NCBI GenBank assembly: GCA_040005235.1
Contig: JBDTZG010000005.1
Location: 96,001 to 160,000 of the forward strand
DNA from: Acidobacteriota bacterium
GTDB taxonomy: Bacteria; Acidobacteriota; Thermoanaerobaculia; Multivoradales; UBA5704
Length of the DNA: 64,000 bases
Reading direction: 5' to 3'
Shown one piece after another: positions 37,638 through 48,300 of this stretch. The notes below the pieces were generated by a model. The model worked only from the letters and a program-made list of their open reading frames with translations. It was not told where the DNA came from and did not search any database. Numbering within the stretch: position 1 is the stretch's first letter; the number at the start of each line of letters is the position of its first letter. Both the position numbers and the translations under genes were made by a program.

Positions 37638-38762
37638 CTATCGGGCCAGCTCATGGTAGAGCGCGACGTATGCATCGATCGTGGCGTCGACCGGAAATCG
37701 CTCGGCCCGGCGGCGCGGCAGGTTGTCAGCTCCCTGGCCCCAATCCGCATCGAGCGCCTCGCCGATCGCCCCGGCGTAGGCGTCGAGATCCTCCGGATCG
37801 CAGAACCGGCCCGCTTCGCCGATCACCTCGCGGCGCACCGCATCGTCGGTCGCGACCGCCGGTTTTCCGCACGCCATCGCTTCCAAATAGGTCAAGCCGA
37901 AAGACTCCGTCCGCGAGGGAAGGGTAAAACAATCGGCCGCCGCGTACCACCGGGGCATCTCGCTCCGCGGCACGGCGGTGCGCAGATAGCGTCGGCTCCC
38001 GAGAACCCGCGCGCCGAGGGCGTCGAGCGCCTCCTCCTCCGGCCCCCGGCCGAGGGCGATCAGGCTGCCGCGTCCCAATCGGGCGAGCGCCTGGACCGCG
38101 AGGCCCATCCGCTTGTGCGAATCGATCGCCCCCGCGGTGAGCACGATCGGCCGTTCGAGGTCGAGCGCCACGGGCTCCAACCCCAATCTGAACCGTTCGA
38201 GATCGACCCCGTGGGGAACCACCTGAATCTGCGCCCGCGGCGCCCGCTGGCGAATCATCTGCGCCGCCGCCTCGGTAAAGCAGACCACGCGATCCGGGTT
38301 TTGCCGGGCGAAAGCCCCTTCCCATTTCGGGTCGTTGCCGTGCGCGAGGTCGATCCACGGTAGGCCGCGCGTCCTCTTGAGCCACCGGGCGACCCGGGCG
38401 CCCACCAGGCCGCCTTCCATCACCAGAAGATCGAACCTACCGCGCGCGATCCGGCTCCGCGCCGAAAGAGCCGCGGTGCCCCATTCGATCGACAGCGGAT
38501 CGAGGAACAGCGTATCGAGGACTTTCTTGGTCCATCGCGTCGCCCGATATGCCCGGTCGAGCCAGCGGGCATCGCGCGGGACGGCGCGGATCGCCTCATG
38601 GGCGACCTCTGGGGAGAGAAGCGGCGCGCCGCGCGAAAAGATCACCGGAGCAAATCCGCGCGTCGCCAGAGCCTCCGCCAGCTCGGTCACGAACGCCTCG
38701 GCGCCCCGGTTCTCGATGCCGATCCCCGGCATCACGAACGCGATCTTGCCCGTTCGGCTCAT
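37638..38762 (-). CDS. GT4 glycosyltransferase
   Basis: GAE, PHGVD and ESFGLTYLEAMACGKP motifs. Confidence 0.9.
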   Translation of the reverse strand: MSRTGKIAFVMPGIGIENRGAEAFVTELAEALATRGFAPVIFSRGAPLLSPEVAHEAIRAVPRDARWLDRAYRATRWTKKVLDTLFLDPLSIEWGTAALSARSRIARGRFDLLVMEGGLVGARVARWLKRTRGLPWIDLAHGNDPKWEGAFARQNPDRVVCFTEAAAQMIRQRAPRAQIQVVPHGVDLERFRLGLEPVALDLERPIVLTAGAIDSHKRMGLAVQALARLGRGSLIALGRGPEEEALDALGARVLGSRRYLRTAVPRSEMPRWYAAADCFTLPSRTESFGLTYLEAMACGKPAVATDDAVRREVIGEAGRFCDPEDLDAYAGAIGEALDADWGQGADNLPRRRAERFPVDATIDAYVALYHELAR

Positions 38763-40165
38763 TCGGGCTTGATCCCGGCGAAGAAAAAATCGCGGAACGG
38801 CCGGCGGAAGCGCGCGAGGTAGCCCAACCCGGCGATCACGCAGGCGGCGAGCGACGCCGCGAGCCGTGCCCAGGACCCTTCAGGCAATTGCCAGGCCGCC
38901 AGCAGGAACATCGGCAGCGGCAGCAGGTAGACGAACGCCAGGTCGCGCACCAGCCGCCAGAACTCAAGTCCCGCGATTTGCGCCACCTTCCAGGTCATCA
39001 GCAGGTTGCCGAGCAGCAGAAAATGCGCCCACGCTACCCCCACGCCTCCCCAGCGATGGGCGAACGGGATGCCGAATCCAACCAGCGAGGCGAAATTGAG
39101 CAGGACGATCGCGAGCCAGATCCGGTCCTCTCTCTCGACTTTCAGTAGCTCGCCGCCCAGCCGGGACATCGGATCGGTCAGCGGCACAAAGGAGAGCGCC
39201 TGAAGGATCGGCACCGCCCGCTCCCAAGCCGGACCGAGCAGGATCCCGACCAGCACCAAGTGAGCGTTGAAGAACAGGAAGTACGCGGCGAGCGTCTCCA
39301 GAGCCAGAATCGACACGGTGCCCAACCGGAACGCCACGAGAAAGCGCGGCCGGTCGTTGCGGTATTCGACCAACGCCGGATAAAGCACCCGGGCGACGGC
39401 GGGCAGCACCAGCTCCTGAAGGCGAAAGCCCCAGCCGCGAGCCTTGCCGAAATAGCCGACCTCGGCCGCGCCCTTCGAGCTGAGCGCGAAACGGGCGATA
39501 TAAGGCATCGGCAATGCGGCGAGCGCGATCAGAAACAGGGTGCTGCTCTCGCGGATTAGCTTCGGCAGAAGGTGCAGGTCGACGTCCAGCGGAATCTTTC
39601 CCCACGCCCTGACCCAAAGCAGCGCCGCGAACAACGCCGCCCCGGTAAGCTCTGCGCAGACCAGCGACCAGACCCCCGCGCCGCGAAACGCGAGCGCAAT
39701 GCCCACCGCGGCGATCGCGAGCCCCCGCAGCAGCTCGGGACCGACCAGGCGGCCGACTTCCAGCCGGCGCTCGAACCAGAGTTTCGGCACGACGGCCAGG
39801 CCGTCCAGAAAGATGTAGACCGCGAACCAGGGCAGAATCGTAGTGAGCCGCCCCTCGAACAGGCCCCTGAACAAAGGCGCCGAGGCGGCCACGCCGACCG
39901 CCAGAATCGCCCCCGTGCTCGCGGTCCAGGCAAACACCGTCCCGTACGGTTTCCGCTCGTCGCGGATCAGCTGATACCCAAGCCCCAAATCGCGAAAGAT
40001 CCCGGCGATCACCGCAATCCCGAGCGCCACCTCGAACAGCCCATGATCTTTAGGCACGATCAGCCGCGCGAGCAGAACGTCCGAACCGGCCCGCAACACC
40101 GCCCGGCCGATCTGGCTCCCATACGCCGCGAGCGTCGAGGAGAGAAAGCGCTTCTCGGTGGTCAA
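38759..40165 (-). CDS. wzx: Oligosaccharide flippase (Wzx family)
   Basis: Many TM segments; LARL..P..HGL, DLGL and GAGVWSLV motifs. Confidence 0.82.
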   Translation of the reverse strand: MTTEKRFLSSTLAAYGSQIGRAVLRAGSDVLLARLIVPKDHGLFEVALGIAVIAGIFRDLGLGYQLIRDERKPYGTVFAWTASTGAILAVGVAASAPLFRGLFEGRLTTILPWFAVYIFLDGLAVVPKLWFERRLEVGRLVGPELLRGLAIAAVGIALAFRGAGVWSLVCAELTGAALFAALLWVRAWGKIPLDVDLHLLPKLIRESSTLFLIALAALPMPYIARFALSSKGAAEVGYFGKARGWGFRLQELVLPAVARVLYPALVEYRNDRPRFLVAFRLGTVSILALETLAAYFLFFNAHLVLVGILLGPAWERAVPILQALSFVPLTDPMSRLGGELLKVEREDRIWLAIVLLNFASLVGFGIPFAHRWGGVGVAWAHFLLLGNLLMTWKVAQIAGLEFWRLVRDLAFVYLLPLPMFLLAAWQLPEGSWARLAASLAACVIAGLGYLARFRRPFRDFFFAGIKPE

Positions 40166-40216
40166 GGCGTTTCCGTGGATCTGGCTCGGCTGAAGGTCTG
40201 GGGAGAGGGTATTTAA

Positions 40217-40531
40217 GTCCAGCTCACAGGTGATCCGGTCCAGCTCACTAGTGATCTGGTCTAGCTCACCTGTGTTTTGGTCCAGCTCAGTAGTGATCTA
40301 GGCCAGCTCACTGGTGATCTGGTCCAGCTCAGTGGTGATCTGGTCCAGCTCAGTGGTGTTTTGGTCCAGCTCAGTGGTGATACGGTCCAGCTCACTGGTG
40401 TTTTGGTCCAGCTCAGTGGTGATCCGGTCCAGCTCACTGGTGTCTTGGTCCAGATCAGTGGTGATCTGGTCCGTCTCACTGGTGTTCTGGGCCGGCTCAG
40501 TGGTGATCTGGGCCGACTCACCGGTGCTGCG
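40217..40531. repeat. Tandem repeat, 15 x 21 bp, consensus GTCCAGCTCA(G/C)TGGTG(A/T)T(C/T)TG
   Basis: Head-to-tail units counted directly; no spacers. Confidence 0.95.
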
Positions 40532-40704
40532 CGTCGAATCGGAAGTCTACAGGAGAAGGTGAGAATCTTCCGGCGCCGGCTCGCGGGTCTCTTCAGCGAA
40601 ACCGGGATTCGCGGTCGGCATGGGCGTCGCGCAAGGTTGCGGGGGCATCCAGCGCAGAAGCCTTCCCGAGACCGCCGCCGCGGCGTCGCTTTTGGCTAAG
40701 CCTT

Positions 40705-41363
40705 TCAGTCGGCGATGAAAACTTCGTCCGTCGTCGCCACCGTCGCCGCCCGGGCGAGGTGGATTCGCAGTGCGACCGGATCGCCGATCGCTTCAAGGGC
40801 GGTGCGGGCCGCGTCGTCGACCGGCAGACCGCGAGCCGTGAGGACGGCGAGGATGGATTCACGCAAGCCTTGCTGTTGCCCTTCGCCGCGGACCTCGTCG
40901 AGATCTCGATAGCCCTGGCGCTGGAGCAGGTTACGAAAGGTGACCGCGTGTGCTGCCTCGCGGTCGTAGAGTGCATTCACGGGCACGGGGTTTTGCAGTA
41001 TCCCGGGTGCGGTCAGCTCCTCGCCGGGAAGCACGAGGTGCATTTCTTGCCCACTCTGGTGGACCTCGACCCGGCGCGGTCCGGAGAGGCGAACGACCCA
41101 GACCAGCCGTGTGCCGGGGGCCAGAAGCTCGGAGATCTTAAGAGCGAGCTCCTTCTCGTCTTGTCCCGTATCGGCGTATTCCACCGCGAGCGGTGGCGCT
41201 CCCTCGACCCATCCTGCGAGCCCCCTAGGAGGTTGGCGCGCGAGCTGCGACCGCCCGTGGTCATGCACTGGATGGCATGGCCGTTGGACAGCTCATAAGG
41301 ATCGCCCGAGCGAATCTGGTCGGCTCGGAACGGACCTTTGGAGGTTGGGATAGGGCGAGGCAT
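40705..41363 (-). pseudogene. Uma2/DUF820 endonuclease-family gene disrupted by a frameshift or deletion
   Basis: N-terminus (YELSNGHAIQCM...RANLLG) and C-terminus (GAPPLAVEY...GTRLVWVV) lie in different frames; junction at about 41220. Confidence 0.75.
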
Positions 41364-41458
41364 GGGGGCGACTTTAGCATCAGACCCTCTTGGCTCGCCT
41401 TGGGTCGATGGTGACACCGGCACGACCGTTTCGTCCGGTCGACCGACTCTGGTCCAAA

Positions 41459-41797
41459 TTAAAGGTTGAGCACGAGGCGTAGCCCCGCGTCTAAGTCCAC
41501 CATGCTCTCTGAGGAGAGGATTCCGATGGGCTCGACGAAATCGGAGCGAAGAGCCTTCTGCACGTCGTAAACATTCGCCACCGATTCCTTCGGAAGGCCT
41601 GTAGATCTTCGAGAAAGTTGGAAGTTTCCAGGCAGCCCGGCCAAGTGCAGGCGTGTGGTCAACGGCACCACGAGAAACGACCGAACTCGAGGCTCGCGCA
41701 CCGCGTTGCTCTGGACAACGACGGCCGGTCGAAGCTTGTCCGCTCGCACCCACCAGACTTCCCCCCGGCGTGGCAGGACTTCACCACTCGTCGTCAC
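41459..41797 (-). CDS. mazF: MazF/PemK-family mRNA interferase toxin
   Basis: RRGEVWWV, KLRPAVVVQ, VVPLTT and GLPKES motifs. Confidence 0.9.
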   Translation of the reverse strand: MTTSGEVLPRRGEVWWVRADKLRPAVVVQSNAVREPRVRSFLVVPLTTRLHLAGLPGNFQLSRRSTGLPKESVANVYDVQKALRSDFVEPIGILSSESMVDLDAGLRLVLNL

Positions 41798-42017
41798 GGT
41801 ACTCTTCGGCCATCCGCGCCTGTTGGTATTGCCGCCAACGCGATTCGTCATCGGCAACATCCCAGCCGTGCTTGTCGATGTAGCTCCTTACCTGGGCCTG
41901 AGTCTGTTCAACCTCAAGTAGGTGAGCCAGGAGGCCGGATCGTGTGGTGCCGCGACGCTCGGCTTCTTGATCGGCGAAGGCGAGAAGATTAGCTGGCAGG
42001 GAGACTCCGACTTTCAT
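41781..42017 (-). CDS. Ribbon-helix-helix antitoxin
   Basis: MKVGVSLP...ADQEAERRGTTRSGLL; overlaps the toxin start. Confidence 0.85.
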   Translation of the reverse strand: MKVGVSLPANLLAFADQEAERRGTTRSGLLAHLLEVEQTQAQVRSYIDKHGWDVADDESRWRQYQQARMAEEYRDDEW

Positions 42018-42200
42018 AGCCTCAATGGTAGCACCCCTTGGAATACCCAGGTATCTCCGATCTCGCCCCCATCCTCCTTCTTGGCCGCCTCGCCCATTTC
42101 TGCTAGAGTCCTCGCCTTCGTGCGGTCTGCGCCCTGTGGGCGAAGCCTGTACCGGCGCCCGTTGGCGTTCCAGACAACTGAGATTCGAGGTCAATCGAGC

Positions 42201-42434
42201 ATGGTTAGAATTCGGCTCCGCCGGATGGGCGCGAGGAACGCGCCGTTTTTCCGGGTCGTCGTCTCCGACACCCGCCGTACCCCCCTGGCCGCTGCGGTCG
42301 AGGAGATCGGCTGGTACGACCCCAAGAAGCAGCCCGCCCAGATGAAGATCGACGGCGACCGCTTGCAGTATTGGGTCAGCAAGGGCGCGCAGCTCTCGCC
42401 GACCGTCAAGAAGCTGTTCGCGAAGGCGTCCTGA
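42201..42434 (+). CDS. rpsP: 30S ribosomal protein S16
   Basis: MVRIRLRRMG...EEIGWYDP...GAQLSPTV. Confidence 0.97.
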   Translation: MVRIRLRRMGARNAPFFRVVVSDTRRTPLAAAVEEIGWYDPKKQPAQMKIDGDRLQYWVSKGAQLSPTVKKLFAKAS

Positions 42435-42439
42435 TCCCT

Positions 42440-42691
42440 GTGGCGGCCGTGCCGGAAGTCCGGAGCGAAGTCGAGGAACTGATCCGTCGACTGGTCGACC
42501 AGCCCGAAAAGGTGAAGGTGGCCGAGTTTCCTAGCGGCGACGAGATCCTTCTGGAGGTCGAGGTGGCTCCGGAGGATCTCGGCAAGGTCATCGGCCGGCA
42601 GGGTCGCACGGTACGTGCGTTGCGGACTTTGCTCGAAACCCGCAATGCTCGCGAGGCGATCCCGTACGGGCTGGAAATCATCGAAGACTAA
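42440..42691 (+). CDS. khpA: KH-domain RNA-binding protein
   Basis: DLGKVIGRQGRT; conserved position after rpsP. Confidence 0.9.
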   Translation: MAAVPEVRSEVEELIRRLVDQPEKVKVAEFPSGDEILLEVEVAPEDLGKVIGRQGRTVRALRTLLETRNAREAIPYGLEIIED

Positions 42692-42712
42692 AAGTCTCTT
42701 CGACGCCCAGGG

Positions 42713-42732
42713 AGCCCGAGTCCGCTCGGGCT
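42713..42732 (+). terminator. Intra-operon hairpin after khpA
   Basis: AGCCCGAG-TCCG-CTCGGGCT followed by TT. Confidence 0.5.
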
Positions 42733-42762
42733 TTCCGCGCGGCCCTTCGATGACCGATTCCC

Positions 42763-43317
42763 ATGGCTGACCCTGAAGCGCTGCGCGACGACCTTCCCCC
42801 GACCGTCACGGTCGGGAGAGTGCTGCGTCCGCACGGGCTCAAAGGCGAGCTGTCGGTGCTCGTCGAGTCGGAGGTGCTCGGCCGGTTCGATCCGGGCAGC
42901 GAGTTGCTCGCCCTGGTTCCGGGGAAATCTCCGCGACGGGTGAAGGTGGCGAGCCACCGCGCGTTTCGCGGCGGCGCCCTGGTTACCTTCCAGGGGCTGG
43001 CCGATCGCGACGGGGCCGAGACGCTGCGCGGTGCGGTGTTCGAGGTCGAGCGGGAGCGGGTGCCGCCGGCCGAGCCGGGGGTCTACTACCACTTCCAGCT
43101 GATCGGCTGCCGCTGCATCGAAGCGGGCCGGGAGCTGGGCAAAGTGGTCGACGTGATCGAGGACGGCGGCGGGCTGTTGTTGATCGTGGCGGATGGCGAG
43201 CGGCGGTTGCCGATCCCGTTCGTCCAGAGTTTTTTGCGCGAGGTCGATGTCCTACGGGGGCGGATCGAGCTGGCGCTGCCGGACGGTCTGATCGAAACGT
43301 GCGCATCCAAGTCCTGA
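42763..43317 (+). CDS. rimM: 16S rRNA processing protein RimM
   Basis: VGRVLRPHGLKGE, YYHFQLIG and IPFV motifs. Confidence 0.93.
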   Translation: MADPEALRDDLPPTVTVGRVLRPHGLKGELSVLVESEVLGRFDPGSELLALVPGKSPRRVKVASHRAFRGGALVTFQGLADRDGAETLRGAVFEVERERVPPAEPGVYYHFQLIGCRCIEAGRELGKVVDVIEDGGGLLLIVADGERRLPIPFVQSFLREVDVLRGRIELALPDGLIETCASKS

Positions 43318-44036
43318 CGATCTTTCCGGAGCTGTTCGCGCCGTTTCTCGCGACCAGCCTGATTGGGAAGGCGATGGGCAAGGGTCTGATCGACATACGG
43401 GTCTTCGATTTGCGCGGGTACTCGGAGGACCGGCACCGGAGCGTCGACGACGAACCGTATGGCGGCGGCGGCGGAATGGTGATGACGGCGCCGCCGTGGA
43501 TTCGCGCGGTGCGGAAGCTGTCGGAAGGAGCGACGCCCTGGCGGGTGCTGCTGTCGCCCCAGGGGCGGCGGCTGGACGAGGCGAAGGTTCGCGAGCTGGC
43601 CGGACGGGGCGATTTGATTCTGCTCTGCGGCCGCTACGAGGGGATCGACGAGAGGGTGCGGGAAAGCGTGGTCGACGAGGAGATCTCGATCGGCGACTAC
43701 GTGCTCTCGGGTGGCGAGCTGCCGGCGATGGTTTTGATCGAGGCGATCTCGCGGCAGGTCCCGGGAGTGGTGCAGCTGGCCGGGTCGGTTGAAAACGACA
43801 GCTTTCGTGCGGGGCTGCTCGATTTCCCGCACTACAGCCGGCCGCCGGTGTTTGAGGAGAAAGCGGTGCCCGAAGTGCTGATGTCCGGAAATCACGCCGC
43901 GATCGTGCGCTGGCGGGAACGGATGGCGCTGCGGGCGACGTGGGAGAAGAGGCCCGATCTGCTCGCCGGGGCGCGGTTGAGCCCGGAGCAGGAGCGGGAA
44001 TTGGCGGCGCTCAAAGAGGGGCGCCGACCGGAGTAA
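43299..44036 (+). CDS. trmD: tRNA (guanine-N1)-methyltransferase
   Basis: [22 protein letters not shown] and [11 protein letters not shown] motifs. Confidence 0.97.
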   Translation: MRIQVLTIFPELFAPFLATSLIGKAMGKGLIDIRVFDLRGYSEDRHRSVDDEPYGGGGGMVMTAPPWIRAVRKLSEGATPWRVLLSPQGRRLDEAKVRELAGRGDLILLCGRYEGIDERVRESVVDEEISIGDYVLSGGELPAMVLIEAISRQVPGVVQLAGSVENDSFRAGLLDFPHYSRPPVFEEKAVPEVLMSGNHAAIVRWRERMALRATWEKRPDLLAGARLSPEQERELAALKEGRRPE

Positions 44037-44040
44037 GGAA

Positions 44041-44120
44041 GCGTGGATTTCGATTTCCTCGGAGCGAGTGGCTGCTGCCGAAGGCGCCCGAAGGAGCGGA
44101 GAGGAAAGCGAAATCCACGC
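44041..44120. repeat. 80-nt element with 20-bp terminal inverted repeats
   Basis: GCGTGGATTTCGATTTCCTC / GAGGAAAGCGAAATCCACGC, 19 of 20 positions complementary. Confidence 0.7.
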
Positions 44121-44232
44121 CGGAGCCCGCGGTCGGCTTGCGCGGGGGGATGTCTTTGAGAATAATCAGCGACTTGGCCGGCACGGCAGAGTGCGCAATC
44201 ATCAGGATATGAGCAGGTTTCGAGGTGAGGTC

Positions 44233-44592
44233 ATGAATCAGCTACAGCAGGTTGAGAGCGCCTATCTCCGCACGGGCATGCCGGATTTCCGCCCCGGCGA
44301 CACGGTGAAGGTCCACGTCCGGGTCAAAGAGGGTGACAAAGAGCGCATCCAGATCTTCCAGGGTGTCGTGATCGCGCGGCGTGCGGGTGGCACGCGCGAG
44401 ACGTTCACCGTCCGCAAGATGTCCGGCAGCATCGGCGTCGAGCGCATCTTTCCGCTCCATGCACCGCTGGTCGACAAGATCGAAGTCATCCGTCGCGGCC
44501 GGGTGCGGCGCGCGAAGCTCTATTACCTGCGCGACCTGCGCGGCAAGGCGGCGCGGATCGACGAGCGGCGCGAAGACAAGCGCGGCAAATAG
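44233..44592 (+). CDS. rplS: 50S ribosomal protein L19
   Basis: [16 protein letters not shown] and [10 protein letters not shown] motifs. Confidence 0.97.
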   Translation: MNQLQQVESAYLRTGMPDFRPGDTVKVHVRVKEGDKERIQIFQGVVIARRAGGTRETFTVRKMSGSIGVERIFPLHAPLVDKIEVIRRGRVRRAKLYYLRDLRGKAARIDERREDKRGK

Positions 44593-44627
44593 CGCGCGCT
44601 AAAAGCTCGCAGCGTGAAAGGAGCGCG

Positions 44628-45317
44628 GTGACGAAAGCCTCGTCGTCGGCCGCTCGGACGGGTCCGACGTTTCTCGAGTTGTGTGCCGAGGCGTACCGCC
44701 TGCGGCTGCTGTGCAATCTCGAAAATCACCTGGCCCGCTGCGGCTTTGCCCGAGTGGCCGGGGTCGACGAAGCCGGGCGAGGTTGCCTCGCCGGGCCGGT
44801 CGTCGCCGCCGCGGTGATCGTCAACCCCTGGGTGCTGGTTCCGGGGGTCGACGACAGCAAGGAGCTTTCCGCGGAAGAACGCGAGCGTCTGGCCGGCGAG
44901 ATCCGGCGGACGGCGCTCGCCTATTCCGTCTGCTCGATCTCAGCCGACGTGATCGATCGCGTGAACATCCTCGAAGCCACCCGCCTCGCGATGCGTGGCG
45001 CGCTCGCAGGCCTCGCTCCCGAACCCGACTGCGCGGTGATCGACGCGCTGTTCCTCTCCGGTCTCTCCTATCCCTGCTTGCCCGTAGTGCGCGGCGACTC
45101 GCTCAGCTACGCGGTCGCCTGCGCCTCGATCCTCGCCAAGGTCGAGCGCGACCGGGACATGGTCCGGCTCGGAGAGCGGCACCCGGGGTACGGCTTCGCC
45201 GCCCATAAAGGGTACGGCGTTCCCGAGCACGTGGCGGCGCTTTCCCGATTGGGGCCGTCGCCGGTGCACCGCCTGACGTTCCGCAAGGTCAAGCCCGACC
45301 TGGAGGAGCTCTGCTGA
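44628..45317 (+). CDS. rnhB: Ribonuclease HII
   Basis: [21 protein letters not shown] and HKGYG motifs. Confidence 0.95.
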   Translation: MTKASSSAARTGPTFLELCAEAYRLRLLCNLENHLARCGFARVAGVDEAGRGCLAGPVVAAAVIVNPWVLVPGVDDSKELSAEERERLAGEIRRTALAYSVCSISADVIDRVNILEATRLAMRGALAGLAPEPDCAVIDALFLSGLSYPCLPVVRGDSLSYAVACASILAKVERDRDMVRLGERHPGYGFAAHKGYGVPEHVAALSRLGPSPVHRLTFRKVKPDLEELC

Positions 45318-48300
45318 TGGCCGCCGTGGCGCGCGACCAGATCGTCCAGACGGCGGAGAAGTTCGTCGCCCGCGGCAAGATCGAGCCGGCGATCCGCGAA
45401 TACCGGAAGTTGCTCGCCGACAACCCGAACGACATCAACACGCTCAATCGGATCGGCGACCTCTACGCGCGGATCCAGCGGGTCGACGAGGCGATCGATT
45501 TCTTCACCCAGATCGCGGAGAGCTACACGGAGGAAGGCTTCTTCGTCAAAGCGATCGCGATCTACAAAAAGATCATCAAGCTCAACCCGACGCTGCTCGA
45601 AGTCTACGAGGCGCTCGCGGAGCTGTACGCCAAGCAGGGGCTGCTCAACGAGGCGCGCACGCAGTTCCAGGTGCTCGCCGACTACTACCAGAAGCACGAC
45701 AACGCGACCTCGGCGAGTGCGATCTACGGCCGGCTGGTCGATCTCGAACCGGAAAACCCCTCCCACCACGTCAAACTCGCCGAGATCTTCCAGCAGCAGA
45801 AGCTGTTCGAGAAAGCGCTCGGCGAGTACCGTACGATCGCCGAGCTGATGCTCGCGGCGGGCCACGTGCCGGAGGCGGCCCAGGTCTACGAGCGGGCGCT
45901 GGCGATCGATTCCCAGAACCTCCCGTTCCTGACCGACGCGGTGCTCAAGCTGCGCCAGGCGGGCGGCCAGGCCGCCGCGGCGCGTTTCCTGGCGCTCGCA
46001 ATCGAGCGCAATCCGGAAGCCGAGCGGATTGCGCGCCTGATCGGCGGCGAAGGAACTCTTTCCGGTGCAACCTCCCCTTCGGCCCGCTCGACGGTTCCGA
46101 TGCCGGTGCAGTCTCTGGCCCCTCGGGTCCCTGAGCCAGAGCCGGTGACGCAACCGTTTTCGGTCGAGCTCGATCTCGACGAAGAGGAGCCGGCGCCGGC
46201 CCCCGCGCGGGACACCAAGCCGGGGGTTCCCGAATGGGATCAGGCGTTCGTCGACGCGGCCGGTGCCGGGAGCGCCGCGAGCGTTGCTGGCGTCGCCCCG
46301 GTGGTCCATGAAAGAGAGCGGGAAGAGAGCGGCGAGATCGATCTGGATCTCGACGAGGTCTTCGTCCTGGAGATGGAGGAAGATGAGCCGGCGAGCCTGG
46401 TCAAGCCGCCGCCCGACATGCTCGGCGGGGCGCCGCGCCGGCCGGCCTGGGCGCTCGACGCGGAGGTGCAGGAAGAACCCGCGCCGGAGATCTTCGCCAA
46501 GGAGCCGGCGCCGTTCGAGAAGCCCAAGAGCCCGGCAGTCCGGCCGTCCCTGGAAGACGACGAGGCGACGTGGAGCGAGATCGCCGAGATCGACCTCGGC
46601 GAGATGGGCAGGACCGGCTCGTTCGCGCTGATCGATCCGTTTCGCGAGATCCTGGAGGCCGACCAGGCGAGCCAGCCCGCGGAGTCCTCGACCTCCCGGC
46701 TCGACGCCGAGGAGCTGGAGCGGACAGCGGCGGGGCTCCATGCCAGAGTGCCGGAGCAGCAGGAAGATCTCCTCACCGAGGCGGAGGTGCTTGCGCGCTA
46801 CGGCCTCGAAGACAAGGCGATCGAGCGCCTGCACGACGCGTTGCGCGCCGATCCCCGCCATCTGGAGGCGTACGCCCTGCTGGTGCAGCTCCATCTCGAC
46901 CGCGGCCGTCTCGGCCCGGCGGCCGAGGTCGGCCAGAACATGGTCAACGCCGTCGGCCGGCGCAAGTCGGAAGTCTGGGACCAGGTCCGCAGGAAGCTGG
47001 TCAGCGTCGGCATCGTGGTCGAAGAGACCCCGGCCTTGCCGGCCAAAGCGCCGCCGCGAGCCCCTGCTCCGGCGCCCGAGCCGTTGCCTCGCGCCGATTT
47101 CGGCGGCATGTTCGAAGAGCTTTCGCCGCCGCCCGCGCCGGTAACGGAGGCTTCGATTCCGATCGAGTTTTCGTTCGACGCCGTATCTCCGGCGATCGAG
47201 CCCCCGGTCGTCGAAGTCGCCGAGCCCCCAGTCGTCGAAACCGCCGAGCCCCCAGTCGTCGAAGTCGCCGAGCCCCCGGCCCCGGCCTCGGCCAAGGCTC
47301 CGGCGGCGAAGCCCCGGCCTTCGAACGTCATCGATCGCGAGTTGGCCGCGCTGATCGGCCCGGCGGGCAAAGGCAAGCCGGCCCGGCGGCCGATTCCCGC
47401 GGCACCGGTTCCGGCACCGGTCCCTCCTCCGGTCGACCCCCCGGTTGCGTCGCCGCCGACCGCTTCGATCGCCGCAGCCCCCCCGGCGCCTCCGGCCCCG
47501 GCGCCCGAGGTGCTGTCGATCCCGGCCGAGGAGGATTCGGCCTGGGAGCTGTCGCCGCCGCCGAACGAGATGTTCGATCCGCGCGGCATCGCCGCCTCGC
47601 TTGAAGACTTGGACGACGAGGATTTCGTCGTGCCCGGCCTGCGCGAGTTCGGCCCGCCGCTCTCTTCGACCCCGGAACCGCCGAGTCTGGACGATACGAG
47701 CATGAGCTGGCTCGACGAGGCCGAGGCGATGCGCTCGGCCGAGCCGGCGGCGCCCGCCCTGGCGGCCCCAGCGTCAGGCCGGAGCGATCGGGCGTTTTCC
47801 GACGACGATTTCTTCGATCTCGCGGGCGAGCTGGAGCAGGAGCTGGAGCGCGAGGTGGGCGGCGGCGACTTGCTCGCCGGCCCGGCCGAGCAGACGCTCG
47901 AAGAGATCGTCGAAGGATTCAAGAAGGGGGTCTCGGAGAATCTTTCTTCGACCGACTACGACACCCACTTCAACCTCGGCATCGCCTACCGCGAGATGGG
48001 CCTGATCGACGAGGCGATCGGCGAGTTCCAGCTCGCCGCCAAGGATCGCAGTTTCCTGGTCTCCTGCTGCTCGAACCTCGGACTCTGCTTCCTGGAAAAA
48101 GGCATTCCGGAGCTGGCGGTCAAATGGTACCGCCGCGGGCTCGACGCCCCGGGAATCTCCGAGGACGATTCGCTCGGCCTACTCTACGACCTGGGCAACG
48201 CTCACCTCTCGACCGGCGACAACGACACGGCGTACAAGACGTTCGTCGAGCTGTACGGCATCAACAGCAACTACCGCGACGTGGTCGCCCGAATCGAAGA

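Noticed and set aside
40217-40531. Possible CRISPR array
   Set aside because: Units are head-to-tail with no unique spacers, and there are no cas genes in the window
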